Below, piece after piece: positions 37,900-48,430 of a DNA stretch of 64,000 nt. The first letter of the stretch is position 1. The number at the start of each line of letters is the position of its first letter. Below the pieces are notes generated by a model. It saw only the letters and a list, made by a program, of their open reading frames with translations. It ran no database searches and had not been told where the DNA came from. The translations under genes were made by a program, and so were the position numbers. The DNA comes from a bacterium (GTDB lineage Bacteria > Patescibacteriota > Minisyncoccia > Phycocordibacterales > UBA2100): contig RFQR01000001.1 in the NCBI GenBank assembly GCA_009924895.1, forward strand, positions 15,575 through 79,574. Reading direction: 5' to 3'.

Positions 37900-39425
37900 G
37901 GTAAGGGGAGTGAAATAGAACTGAAACCGCATGTCTACAAGGAGTCGAAGAGGGTGCAAATCCTCGACGGCGTGCCTATTGAAGAATGAGCCAACGAGTT
38001 AATGCATACGGTTTGGTTAAGGGGTAATCCCCCCGAGCCGCAGCGAAAGCGAGTGTGAATAGCGCGTTTATCGTATGTATTAGACCCGAAGCTAGGTGAG
38101 CTACCCATGGACAGGCTGAACCTTCTAGAAATAGGAGGGGAGGGCCGAACTCGTAGATAGTGCAAAATCTTGGGATGATCTGTGGGTTGGAGTGAAAAGC
38201 TTATCGAACCTAGTAATAGCTGGTTCTCTCCGAAAGAGCTTTCGGGCTTGCGTCGTATGTTTCTGCAGGGGGTAGAGCACTGGAAGAAGCGGATAGGTCG
38301 AAAGACCACTGCCTCTATCAAACTCCGAATACCTGCAGCCACAGTACGGCAGTTAGTCGGTGGGGGCGAAGCTCCACTCGACAAAAGGGAAACAGCCCAG
38401 ACCGCCATTTAAGGTCCCAAAATCTACGCTCAGTGCAAAACAAGGAGGTGGAATTTCATAGACAGTCAGGATGTTGGCTTAGAAGCAGCCACCATTCAAA
38501 GAAAGCGTAACAGCTCACTGACTTAGAGATTCTGCGCCACAAATGATCGGGGCTTAAGCGTAGTACCGAAGATGCGGATTTGTACTTTACTGTACAAGTG
38601 GTAGGAGAGCGTTTTGATTGCGATGAAGGTAAAGGGGTGACCCATGCTGGAGCGATCGGAAGTGAAAATGTTGGCACGAGTAACCGCAATGCATGTGAGA
38701 TTCATGCACGCCGAAAGATCAAGGTTTCCTTCGCACTGGAGATCAGCGAAGGGTTAGTCGGTCCTAAGCCATTGGCGACAGCCGCAGGCGATGGATATAC
38801 GGTTAATATTCCGTGACTTGATTATGGTGCGATGGAGTGACGGAGTGAAATAGTTCAAGCGTGCAATTGGATGTGCGCTGCTTTGTAACAGACGCTGCCT
38901 AGGCAAATCCGGGCAGCATACATCTGGTACAAGGCAAGACGGGGAGGCTTCGGCCGAACTTAATTTGAGCGAAGACGCTTCCAAGAAAAACTTCTAAGCA
39001 TAACCATAACCAATCCGTACCAAAACCGACACAGGTGATCAGGTCGAGTAGACCAAGGCGAACGAGTGAGAGGTCCTCAAGGAACTCGGCAAAAAAGCGG
39101 CCGTAACTTCGGGATAAGGCCTGCCTTTCGCAAGAAAGGCCGCAGTTAATGATTCCCAGGCAACTGTTTACCAAAAACACAGCTCCCTGCAAACTCGCAA
39201 GAGGAAGTATAGGGGGTGATGCCTGACCAATGCCGGAAGGTCAAATACGGGCGTTGCCCAGCTCTAATTTTTTGAACCAGTTTTGCTGGTCAAGCACTGA
39301 ATAGCTCACTTAATCACATTAAGTTGAGAGTAGGTGTTTCGAGAAATTAGGGCTGGGTGGTGACTTGTATAAGCCCCGGTCAATGTCGGCGATAACTATA
39401 ATCGTCCTAAGGTAGCGAAATTCCT

Positions 39426-40533
39426 AGAAGACTGGGACTTGTACCTGTAAGGGTGCAAGCAAATTCTGCTATATGCGGGAAAGTCCGGTAGTATCTGGAG
39501 CTACTTATGTACAGTCAAACGATGCCAATTTAGCATTGTCTGGTAAAATAAGTACATGAGTAAAAATGCTTCCAGTGGTTCCGACCAAACTAAAATTGAA
39601 TCGGAAGCCGGATAATCCGCAGGAAACGTTGAATGAAAACTTTTACTATTCAGGATTCTTTGCAGCCGAGATGACGTGTTCCGTCATCAAAGCGGCAAAT
39701 TACAATCCGGTAGGACATTACTACTTTGCCGTTGATATCACTGTGACTAATGCTGATAAGGCATTGCTGCAGGAAGTCAACCAAGTTGTGATGAAAGGAG
39801 GAGGGATAATCAGTTCGGTGAAAGGAGCGTATAACCTAAGTGTGCGAGGTAAAAATCGCGTGCATGTTGTACTCGACTTCTTGCAACGGTACCCGATTAT
39901 CATTGGTGATCTCGCAAAAAATCGCGTTGCGCTTTTGAGAGAAGCATTCAGCTATCTCGAAGAACATCGCGGTGCAGGCGAGCACCAGAAAAAGATTGAA
40001 GTTATGGATGGAATACGAAAGAAACTACGATTGATCAAAGAAATCGGCATAGTTGATACTTCGTACCCATTAGAGAAACTTGACAGAGATGTGATTGGAC
40101 ATTTCTTGGCTGGAATTCTCGACGGTGAGGGTTCGTTCGGATTCAAAACGAGCGGTACTCACCAAGAACCATTCTTTGCAGTAGCTATGAAAGATCGAAA
40201 GATTATCAAGTTATGCAGAGATTTTCTTCAGTACGGCAACGTACGAAAGAGAAAAGATGGTGTGCACCATTACGAAATCAATCGAAAACAAATCCTTCAG
40301 AAAGTTTGCAAAATATTTCTCACACAGTATCCGCTCAAACATGCGCGGCAACAAGAGAGATTGCGAATAGTTCAACGGCTCCTCAACGACTACACGCAGA
40401 ATCACCACAAACGTGGTGAGTGATATAGTCTGATCTGTATGGCGACATACAGAGTGTGGCTCGCGCCACACCGCTTTGCTAACATTTTAGCGAAGTCAAA
40501 CTTTTGCACCAGCAAAAGTTAAAGTAACAGAAT
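39426..40533 (+). mobile_element. intron in 23S rRNA (E. coli position about 1917-1931, GCGAAATTCCT^TGTCGGGTAAG), presumably group I
   Basis: Exon 1 ends at ...GGTAGCGAAATTCCT (39421-39425) and exon 2 resumes at TGTCTGGTAAGTTCAGACGCGCACGAATGG (about 40534). The insert carries a LAGLIDADG ORF. Confidence 0.7.
39566..40423 (+). CDS. LAGLIDADG homing endonuclease (intron-encoded)
   Basis: Motif HFLAGILDGEGSFGF. 285 aa. It lies inside the 23S insertion. Confidence 0.85.
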   Translation: MLPVVPTKLKLNRKPDNPQETLNENFYYSGFFAAEMTCSVIKAANYNPVGHYYFAVDITVTNADKALLQEVNQVVMKGGGIISSVKGAYNLSVRGKNRVHVVLDFLQRYPIIIGDLAKNRVALLREAFSYLEEHRGAGEHQKKIEVMDGIRKKLRLIKEIGIVDTSYPLEKLDRDVIGHFLAGILDGEGSFGFKTSGTHQEPFFAVAMKDRKIIKLCRDFLQYGNVRKRKDGVHHYEINRKQILQKVCKIFLTQYPLKHARQQERLRIVQRLLNDYTQNHHKRGE

Positions 40534-41326
40534 GTGTCTGGTAAGTTCAGACGCGCACGAATGGTATAATGACTTGGGAACTGTCTCGAGGACTTGCTCG
40601 GTGAAAATACAAGGGCGGTGAAGATGCCGCCTTCCTGCAGCTAGACGAAAAGACCCCAGAAGCTTTACTGTAGTTTGGTATTGGGATTACGGGTGCACCG
40701 CGTAGCGTAAGTGGGAGACTTTGAAGCAGAGGTTTCGGCCTCTGTGGAGTCGTCAATGCAACACCACTCCTTGTTTCTGTAATTTCTAACTTCTCAAGAG
40801 AAACTTGAGAAAGACAGTACTTGATGGGCAGTTTCGGTGGGGCGCTGTCCTCCTAAAAAGTAACGGAGGAGCATATTAAGGTCATCTAGCCGCGAATGGA
40901 AACCGTGGCGATAGTGCATTGGCATAAGATGGCTTAACTGCGAGTCGTACGTGACAAGCAGGCGCGAAAGCGGATCAAAGTGAACCGACAGTTCGCATTA
41001 GATGCGACTGAAGATTAACGGATAAAAGTTACTCTGGGGATAACAGGCTGGTTTCGCCTAAGAGTCCAAATCGACGGCGAAGTTCGGCACCTCGATGTCG
41101 GCTCATCTCAGCGCGGGGCTGGAGAAGGTCCCAAGCGTATGGCTGTTCGCCATTTAAAGAGGTACGTGAGCTGGGTTCAAACCGTCGTGAGACAGGTTGG
41201 TCTTAATCTGCTGTAGGCGTTGATTCTTGAGGAGATTTGTTTCTAGTACGAGAGGACCGAAATGAACTGACCTCTGGTCTGGGGGCTGTTACGCCAGTAG
41301 CACCGCCCCGTAGCTATGTCGGGATT

Positions 41327-41359
<33 letters not shown>

Positions 41360-41718
41360 GACTCCAAGATTAGGAATCGTTATAGATTCGTGAGAGATGA
41401 TCACGTTGATAGGCACTAGGTGTACGCACAGTAATGTGTTCAGCCGAGGTGTACTAATGAATCGACAGAACTCCCGTTCTGGATTGTGAGAATACGTGTT
41501 CTATTTTTTCCTGAATTTGTGCTTTCGATTAGTCCGACAAAAATGTGTACCATTTTCGTCGGATATGTCGCCCAACAAAACTTTTTTAAAGTTTGGTCGG
41601 GCATGCTCTTCAGTTGCCAGCGAACAGTGCTGCGACCGATTTTTCATACTCGTAGAGTATAGAAAAATGGAAGTGCCCTCGTGGTGCAATTGTTCTTTGT
41701 AAAGCATTTGGAATGTGG

Positions 41719-41793
41719 GTGCCCGTAGCTCAGGGGTAGAGCACCAGGTTGCAAACCTGGTTGTCGGTGGTTTAAATCCGCCCGGACGCTCCA
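41719..41793 (+). tRNA. tRNA-Cys (anticodon GCA), CCA encoded
   Basis: Manual fold: GTGCCCG-TA-GCTC AGGGGTA GAGC-A-CCAGG TTGCAAA CCTGG-TTGTC-GGTGG TTTAAAT CCGCC-CGGACGC-T-CCA. There is one C-A mismatch in the acceptor stem. Confidence 0.8.
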
Positions 41794-41846
41794 CAATTTT
41801 TTGGACTCACATTTCAGATGCTTTGCAGTTAATTTAAAGATTTTGT

Positions 41847-41952
41847 TCTGGTGTTTTATCGGAGGGGTCACACCCGTTCTCATTCCGAACACGGCAGTTA
41901 AGCCCTCTTGAGCCGATGGTAGTCGTAAGGCAAGAGTAGGTAGACGCCAGAA
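41847..41952 (+). rRNA. rrf: 5S rRNA
   Basis: Helix I is TCTGGTG/CGCCAGAA. The conserved CCGAACACGG...GATGGTAGT...AGAGTAGG segments are present. Confidence 0.8.
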
Positions 41953-41968
41953 CAAAGTTTTTAAAAAA

Positions 41969-42148
41969 GTTCTACACCCGGTCACACATAATTTTCTGCT
42001 GAAAATTTGCGCGACCCCGCCTCAGCCTCGACAGGCTTCCGACCTTGAAACGGTCCAAGTATTCCCGTCTCAACTCATTCCAAACACGGAAGTTAAGCCG
42101 AGTTGAAGCGATGGTAGTCGTAAGGCGAGAGTAGCTAGTCGCCAGAAC
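41969..42148 (+). rRNA. second, divergent 5S-like copy with an expanded and diverged 5' half (possible pseudogene or variant)
   Basis: The 3' 85 nt (CATTCCAAACACGGAAGTTAAGCC...GATGGTAGTCGTAAGGCGAGAGTAGCTAGTCGCCAGAAC plus the AACAAAGTTTTTA trailer) closely parallel copy 1. The 5' portion carries about 75 extra nt and helix I pairing is weak. Confidence 0.45.
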
Positions 42149-42254
42149 AAAGTTTTTAATTCAGCCAAAGACCACCGAGAGGCGGTCTTTGATGTTCTTT
42201 GAGTACAAATTTTCCCCCTATACCCTAAACCCTAGTCGCTATATACTTACCCCT

Positions 42255-43022
42255 ATGTCTTGGGCAGCACGGCGGCGTTTTCTTTATCTTCTTGGTCTTG
42301 CCATAATTGTTGGTGCGCTTACACTCATTCCAACCTATATCCATTTTAAGCAGCCACCGACATGCTTTGATGGGAAGCAGAATCAAGGTGAGACACAGGT
42401 AGATAAGGGTGGTCCGTGCTCCGTTCTTGACGAGAATGCGCTAATTCCATTAGCAGTGCAATGGGCGCGTGCGTTTCCAACGCAAGAAGGTTTGTACAAC
42501 GCCGTGGCGTATATAGAAAATGCAAACGAGGGTGCGGGAGTGCGCGAGCTGCGGTATGAAATGAAGCTCTACGATTCGCGTAACGTCCTCGTCGCGGTGC
42601 GTGCTGGAAAGACCTTTATCATGCCCGGATCGGTAAATCCGATATTTGAAGCCCGTATTGAAGCAGGTAACCGAGTAGTCACCCGGGCGTTTCTCGATGT
42701 AACACCGCAGCCGCAATGGGAACGAGCAGAAGATCGGGCGCGTATGATGGTGATTGAAAATGTGCGTCCGTCTTCTGAAACCACTGCTCCGCGCATTGAT
42801 GCAACCGTCCACTCAGTACGCGCTGTATCAACCACGGATGTTAAAGTCGTTGCGGTCGCTTTTGATACCGCAGGAAATGCATTTGCAGGTTCACGCACCG
42901 CACTTGATATCATGCAACCGGATGAACGAAAAGAGGTGTCTTTTACCTGGCCGCAGCCCTGGATTTTCACCGTCGGAAGAATTGATGTTCTTCCCGTGGT
43001 AGAACCTGAATGGACGCGCTAG
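42255..43022 (+). CDS. membrane-anchored hypothetical protein upstream of rodA/ftsW
   Basis: MSWAARRRFLYLLGLAIIVGALTLIP TM anchor followed by an extracytoplasmic domain. The ORF track begins 22 codons earlier. Confidence 0.45.
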   Translation: MSWAARRRFLYLLGLAIIVGALTLIPTYIHFKQPPTCFDGKQNQGETQVDKGGPCSVLDENALIPLAVQWARAFPTQEGLYNAVAYIENANEGAGVRELRYEMKLYDSRNVLVAVRAGKTFIMPGSVNPIFEARIEAGNRVVTRAFLDVTPQPQWERAEDRARMMVIENVRPSSETTAPRIDATVHSVRAVSTTDVKVVAVAFDTAGNAFAGSRTALDIMQPDERKEVSFTWPQPWIFTVGRIDVLPVVEPEWTR

Positions 43023-43023
43023 C

Positions 43024-44145
43024 ATGAAGCGTCTCACCGCACACATCGACTGGTTTGTATTCCTTTCTGCGCTCTGCATTTCGCTCGCGGGTCTTGTGAC
43101 GATGCGCTCGTTTTCGGTGGAAAATACCTTTTTTGATAAGCAAGTAGTTTGGATTATTGTCGGGTGTGTTGTTTTTTTCTGTGCAAGTATTCCCGAGTAT
43201 CGATTTCTGCGCAGAACACCTATTGTGATGACGCTCTTTGGTGCGATCGCGCTTCTCCTTGTTGCGGTCTTTGCCGTAGGGGTTGTCTCAAAAGGAGCAC
43301 AAAGCTGGTTTCGATTTGGGTTTTTAGGTTTACAGCCTGCCGAACTTGCAAAGCTTGTGTTAATTATTACGCTCGCAAAGTATTTTGCTCGTCGGCACGT
43401 TGAAATTGCAGATTTTAAACACATTCTTGTTTCAGGCGGATATGCGCTCATATTGTGTCTCCTTATTTTTCTCCAGCCAGATTTTGGTTCCGCAATGATT
43501 GTTGCGAGCATTTGGTTTGGTATGGTCTTGATTGCAGGGCTCTCATGGCGGCATTTGTTTGCGCTCCTTTTTTTGGGTGCGATGGTCGGCGGCGGGTTAT
43601 GGACGTTTGTATTTAAGGAATATCAAAAACAGCGCATCATAAACTTTTTACATCCTCTTGCTGATATTCGGGGAACAGGATACAACGCCTATCAGTCTAC
43701 TGTTGCAGTCGGTTCAGGCGGTGTATGGGGAAAGGGAATAGGGTATGGAACGCAGTCCAAACTCCAGTTTCTTCCGGAATACCAAACAGACTTTATCTTT
43801 GCAGCATTTGCTGAAGAGTGGGGTTTTATCGGTGTCTTGTTTCTCTTTGGGCTATACGGCATTTTAATAACAAGAGTGGTAATCATTTCAAGCAAAGGAG
43901 CTGATACGTTTGTAATGCTCTTTGGTGCTGGGGTTGCGGTGCTGTTTATCACTCATTTTACGGTGCACATTGGCATGAATATCGGTCTCTTGCCCGTAAC
44001 AGGGGTCACGGTTCCGTTTATGAGTTATGGCGGATCACATTTGTTAGTTGAATACTTGATGCTCGGTATTTTAATGGGATTGCGTCGCGATACGCGCCCG
44101 GTTGCACTTTTGCGCGAGCGCGTCGAATTTGTCGGCCCGGTGTGA
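43024..44145 (+). CDS. SEDS-family peptidoglycan glycosyltransferase (RodA/FtsW)
   Basis: 10-TM protein with FGFLGLQPAELAKLVLIITLAKYF, which is typical of FtsW/RodA/SpoVE. Confidence 0.85.
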   Translation: MKRLTAHIDWFVFLSALCISLAGLVTMRSFSVENTFFDKQVVWIIVGCVVFFCASIPEYRFLRRTPIVMTLFGAIALLLVAVFAVGVVSKGAQSWFRFGFLGLQPAELAKLVLIITLAKYFARRHVEIADFKHILVSGGYALILCLLIFLQPDFGSAMIVASIWFGMVLIAGLSWRHLFALLFLGAMVGGGLWTFVFKEYQKQRIINFLHPLADIRGTGYNAYQSTVAVGSGGVWGKGIGYGTQSKLQFLPEYQTDFIFAAFAEEWGFIGVLFLFGLYGILITRVVIISSKGADTFVMLFGAGVAVLFITHFTVHIGMNIGLLPVTGVTVPFMSYGGSHLLVEYLMLGILMGLRRDTRPVALLRERVEFVGPV

Positions 44146-45249
44146 TTACTGGTAGAGAGATACCGTTTCTCGATACGAGACGTCAGGATCAAACAGTGCT
44201 CTAACCCGCTGAAATAAGGTCTCCACGCTCTCTGCAGACGGACGGTGGGTGAGTGCGTGCTCGAGAGCCGAACTATCAGCGGGGGGTAGTAGCACCGCAT
44301 GCGAACCAGTAATTTCTCGTATACCAGGCAGGTCGGAGGCAAGAATGGGAATGCGCGCCTGCGCCGCCTCAATGACTGCATAGGGGAGGCCTTCTTTGAT
44401 TGAAGGGAGGCAAAAGATATCGAACGCTTTGAGAAACGCTCGTGCGTTTTCTCGTGCCCCAAGAAGGTGAATGCGATCGCTCGCACCCGCAGCATCTATT
44501 CGTGCCTGCAAAGCCACTTTTTCTTCACCATCCCCAATAATGTAACAGTGCATTGAAGTGCGAGCCAGAGCGTCAATGAGATACTGGAGTCCTTTGTTGC
44601 GGTGAAGTTCTGCTATGGAACCAACGCACTGCACTGATTCGGGGATACCGAGTGCGCGACGCGCTTCTGAGCGGTCGAGGAGCGGGAACTCTGCTACTCC
44701 ATTGTAGATAAATACCACGCGGCGATTCATTCCAAACCACCCCTGCACACGATAAAAATTTTCTCGCGAAACACAGATGACACGATGAGATATCATGCAC
44801 GTGAAGTAGGTAATGAAGGCTATGATTTGTCTTGAAAACCATGAGCGATCCTCGTCTTGCGGCAACCCGTGGATGGTGAAGATAATGCGCGGCACGCGCG
44901 CAGCGCGTGCCGCAAGTGCGCCGAGCGCACCGGCTTTTGAACTATTGAGATGCACAACAGTCGGGCGTTCTCTACGGAAGATGCGATACAGTTCGTACCA
45001 TGCTGGAATATCAGAGAGTGAGACATCTCTTCCGAGAGAAGGAGACTCGATAACGGATATGCCTTCTGCGGCACATGCACTGGCTAGTGTCCCCTGGCTT
45101 CCCACGACAACCCCTACGTCCCACGTAGTGTGAGCGCGGGTCGCAAGGTCATAGACATACCGCTGGGCCCCGCCCCAGGTGCCCTTGGTGATGCAGAACA
45201 GAAGACGTGGCTTTTCTTGATTCATACATCGGTAAATGTCATGATACAA
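44146..45249 (-). CDS. glycosyltransferase family 4 (GT-B fold)
   Basis: C-terminal EGLPYAVIEAAQARIPILASDLPGIREI (the E-X7-E-like GT4 motif). Confidence 0.8.
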   Translation of the reverse strand: MYHDIYRCMNQEKPRLLFCITKGTWGGAQRYVYDLATRAHTTWDVGVVVGSQGTLASACAAEGISVIESPSLGRDVSLSDIPAWYELYRIFRRERPTVVHLNSSKAGALGALAARAARVPRIIFTIHGLPQDEDRSWFSRQIIAFITYFTCMISHRVICVSRENFYRVQGWFGMNRRVVFIYNGVAEFPLLDRSEARRALGIPESVQCVGSIAELHRNKGLQYLIDALARTSMHCYIIGDGEEKVALQARIDAAGASDRIHLLGARENARAFLKAFDIFCLPSIKEGLPYAVIEAAQARIPILASDLPGIREITGSHAVLLPPADSSALEHALTHRPSAESVETLFQRVRALFDPDVSYRETVSLYQ

Positions 45250-46602
45250 CCAATGATACTGGTTCCCAAAAGAGAGTACCTTCTCCTACTTGCCGGAGAC
45301 CTCGTCGTCTTTGTTATTTCACTCTACGCGACATTGGCTTTGCGGTACTTGACACTTCCATCAACTACCGATTTTATCCAGCATTTCTGGGCTTTTATAC
45401 CTGTCTTTTGTCTCTGGATCATCGTTTTTTTTCTGGCAGGTCTTTATGGAAAACATACCCGGCTGTTTCGTTCGCGGCTGTCAGCAACCATACTCTATAC
45501 CCAGGTTATCAACGTCGCTCTTGCTGGGCTCTTTTTCTTTTTGATCCCGTTTTTTGGTCTGGCACCCAAAACTATTTTGGCAATATATCTCGCAGTATCA
45601 TTTGTACTCATTTTTTTCTGGAGACGTCTGGTGTATACGAACGCGCGTAGAGGAAAAGCACTTAAGGGTGTTCTTTTGGCGTCTGGTCCTGACGCGGAAA
45701 TGCTTGCCAAAGAAATTATGGGTGACCACCGATATCCGTTTACGTTTGCACACGTGATCGACACCTCACACGCTCCAACGCATGAAATTGTACAGCGTGC
45801 GTGCCGCCTCGCAGGAGAAGAAGATGTACAGTTTCTCGTTGCCGACTTTTATGACAAAGCGGTATCTGCTGCGCTCCCCATTATTTATGATGCGACATTT
45901 CGAAAAAACAGGTTTGCACTCGTATCCCTCGCAGATTTGTACCAAGAAGTATTTGATAGAGCTCCACTCTCACTTGTTCATTATGAATGGATACTGTCGC
46001 ATGTCAGTTCTTCTCCGGTATACGATAGTGCAAAGCGCGCCATGGATTTTGTAGGTGGTCTTGTTATTGGTTTTCTGACCTTACCAATCTATCCACTTGT
46101 TGCGCTCCTTATCAAACTCGATGACGGTGGTCCGGTATTTATAACGCAAGAGCGCACGGGTAAATTTCAGCGACCGATTTTTGTCCGAAAATTCCGCAGC
46201 ATGTCGGGATCGGATACAGGTGAAGAGGTTATGAAAAGTAAGCATGTAATTACCCGGGTAGGGAAATGGCTGCGTGTCTTGCGTGTTGATGAGCTCCCTC
46301 AGATTTGGAATGTCGTGCGTGGCGACCTCTCACTCGTTGGTCCTCGTCCAGAACTTCCTGCACTCTCTGCGCATTACAGTGCGCGTATTCCGTACTACAA
46401 CGCGCGATTTCTGATCCCGCCGGGCCTTACGGGATGGGCGCAAATTACGCATGACCGCCATCCGCACCACGGCGCTGATGTTGCGGAAACCAAGGAAAAA
46501 TTGTCGTACGATCTTTACTACCTCAAACACCGGTCACTCCTTTTAGACGTCTTCATTCTCCTCCAGACAATCCGTATTGTGGTAACCGCAAAGGGAGCGT
46601 AG
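45244..46602 (+). CDS. polyprenyl-phosphate sugar phosphotransferase (WbaP/bacterial sugar transferase family)
   Basis: KRAMDFVGGLVIGFLTLPIYPLVALLIKLDDGGPVFITQERTGKFQRPIFVRKFRSM and DELPQIWNVVRGDLSLVGPRPELP. The ORF track begins at 45130 inside the convergent GT4 gene, so the start is probably near MIQPMILVPK. Confidence 0.85.
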   Translation: MQPMILVPKREYLLLLAGDLVVFVISLYATLALRYLTLPSTTDFIQHFWAFIPVFCLWIIVFFLAGLYGKHTRLFRSRLSATILYTQVINVALAGLFFFLIPFFGLAPKTILAIYLAVSFVLIFFWRRLVYTNARRGKALKGVLLASGPDAEMLAKEIMGDHRYPFTFAHVIDTSHAPTHEIVQRACRLAGEEDVQFLVADFYDKAVSAALPIIYDATFRKNRFALVSLADLYQEVFDRAPLSLVHYEWILSHVSSSPVYDSAKRAMDFVGGLVIGFLTLPIYPLVALLIKLDDGGPVFITQERTGKFQRPIFVRKFRSMSGSDTGEEVMKSKHVITRVGKWLRVLRVDELPQIWNVVRGDLSLVGPRPELPALSAHYSARIPYYNARFLIPPGLTGWAQITHDRHPHHGADVAETKEKLSYDLYYLKHRSLLLDVFILLQTIRIVVTAKGA

Positions 46603-46611
46603 TATAGAGAG

Positions 46612-47541
46612 ATGACACGAAACGTTTTGGTGACGGGGGGAGCTGGGTTTATTGGCTCGCATATCGTCGACGCGCTTCTTGTGCGAGGCGATAGTGTGCG
46701 TGTGATTGATGATGAAAGCTCTGGAAAGAAGCAAAACTTGAAACATACAATTGATAAGATTGAGTACATAAACGGATCTATCACTGATCGCGATCTTCTC
46801 AAGCGGGTAATGAATGGTGTAGATATCGTATTCCACCTTGCAGCAATCGGCTCGGTCCCGCGCTCGGTGGATGCTCCTGAACCATCTCACGATGCGAACA
46901 TCACCGGTACCTTAAATGTACTCTGGGCCGCGAAGCAGGCAGGAGCGAAGCGTGTTGTGCATTCCTCCTCGAGCTCAGTCTATGGTAACAATCCAACTCT
47001 TCCCAAACGAGAAGAGGATCTCGGCACCGTACTCTCACCCTATGCACTCCAGAAAAAGGCGGCTGAGGAATACACGCTTTTGTTTTACCGGCTTTACGGA
47101 CTCGAGACGGTAGTACTTCGCTATTTCAACGTGTATGGTCCGCGCCAAGATCCGAATTCTCAGTATGCCGCTCTTATTCCAAAATTTATCGCAGCTATGA
47201 AAGCAGGAAAGCAGCCAACGATAAACGGCGACGGATCAGCATCGCGCTCATTTACCTATGTTTCTGATGTGGTCGATGCAAATCTTGCCGCGGCAGAAAG
47301 TGAATCGGCTGTAGGGGAGGCGATGAATATTGGCGGTGCAGTCCGTACAACGGTCAATGAATTTGTCACCGCACTCAATACCGTGCTTGGTACTGCGATT
47401 ACTCCCATCTATGGGCCTGTTCGCGCAGGAGATATTCCTCACAGCATGGCTGATTTAAGTAAGGCAAGTAAGCTCATCGGCTATCAACCAAAAATTTCGT
47501 TCGAAGAAGGTTTGAAAAAAACAGTTGCGTCATTTACATGA
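46612..47541 (+). CDS. NAD-dependent sugar epimerase/dehydratase (UDP-hexose 4-epimerase-like)
   Basis: VLVTGGAGFIGSH Rossmann motif. YxxxK catalytic motif (YALQKKAAE). Confidence 0.85.
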   Translation: MTRNVLVTGGAGFIGSHIVDALLVRGDSVRVIDDESSGKKQNLKHTIDKIEYINGSITDRDLLKRVMNGVDIVFHLAAIGSVPRSVDAPEPSHDANITGTLNVLWAAKQAGAKRVVHSSSSSVYGNNPTLPKREEDLGTVLSPYALQKKAAEEYTLLFYRLYGLETVVLRYFNVYGPRQDPNSQYAALIPKFIAAMKAGKQPTINGDGSASRSFTYVSDVVDANLAAAESESAVGEAMNIGGAVRTTVNEFVTALNTVLGTAITPIYGPVRAGDIPHSMADLSKASKLIGYQPKISFEEGLKKTVASFT

Positions 47542-48302
47542 TTATCGATGGGAAAAAAATAGCGGACGATATCTATCGTTCTTTAGTGCTTCCACGTTCT
47601 CTCACGCTGGGTATTGTGGTATGTGGTACAGATCCAGTCATCGAATCGTTTGTAAAAATTAAAGAGCGCACGGCGCAACGACTTCGTGTCCGGCTCGAAC
47701 GCGCGGTGCTACCTGAAAGTGCAACGACTAAAGAGGTGCTCAAAGCCCTTCTGTCTCTCAAAGAGTGTGATGGGGTTATCGTGCAGCTCCCTCTTCCTCA
47801 ACAGGTGAATGTGAGTGCTGTCCTTGAAATGATTCCCGCCCACCAAGATGTAGATGGCGTCTCGTCTCATCCTTATGTGCTTGCGCCCGTTGCGGGGGCG
47901 GTTGCGCAGATACTCGCACATTCGCATGTGAGTATACAAGGCAAAAAGGCGGTGGTTGTGGGAGACGGAAGGCTCGTGGGAAGGCCAGTTGCAGAATTGT
48001 TGCGGAAAGAAGGTGCTATCGTAACAACGCTCACAAAAGAGCGAGGCTCGCTCAAAGAATTACGAGCCACAGATATTATCGTTCTTGGCGCAGGAGAGCC
48101 AGGTCTTGTGGTGCCGGAGATGATTTCTGGAGGCGCTGTTCTCATTGATGCAGGAACAAGCGAGCAGGGAGGAAGAGTAGCGGGGGATGCTGATCCTGCA
48201 TGTGCTAAAAAATGCTCGGTCTTTACGCCGGTGCCAGGCGGCGTGGGTCCAGTTGCTGTCGCAATGATTTTCAAAAATCTCTCTACTTTAGCAGAAAGGT
48301 AA
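47538..48302 (+). CDS. folD: bifunctional methylene-THF dehydrogenase/cyclohydrolase
   Basis: TPVPGGVGPVAVAMIF C-terminal FolD motif. A short variant of 254 aa. Confidence 0.8.
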   Translation: MIIDGKKIADDIYRSLVLPRSLTLGIVVCGTDPVIESFVKIKERTAQRLRVRLERAVLPESATTKEVLKALLSLKECDGVIVQLPLPQQVNVSAVLEMIPAHQDVDGVSSHPYVLAPVAGAVAQILAHSHVSIQGKKAVVVGDGRLVGRPVAELLRKEGAIVTTLTKERGSLKELRATDIIVLGAGEPGLVVPEMISGGAVLIDAGTSEQGGRVAGDADPACAKKCSVFTPVPGGVGPVAVAMIFKNLSTLAER

Positions 48303-48430
48303 TTTTAAAATTTCTAGCTTTCTAATGTGTTGCTATTTATTCACGACCGTGAATTAATAGCAACATGCATTTTTTGAGCGTGCGGTAGAAATAAAAAAGG
48401 CACGCGGAAGTTATCCGCGCGCCTTTACAC

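Noticed and set aside
39470-39490. GGGAAAGUCCGG, which resembles the RNase P RNA P4 motif
   Set aside because: It lies inside the 23S intron upstream of the homing-endonuclease ORF, and no other RNase P elements are nearby. I consider it coincidental.
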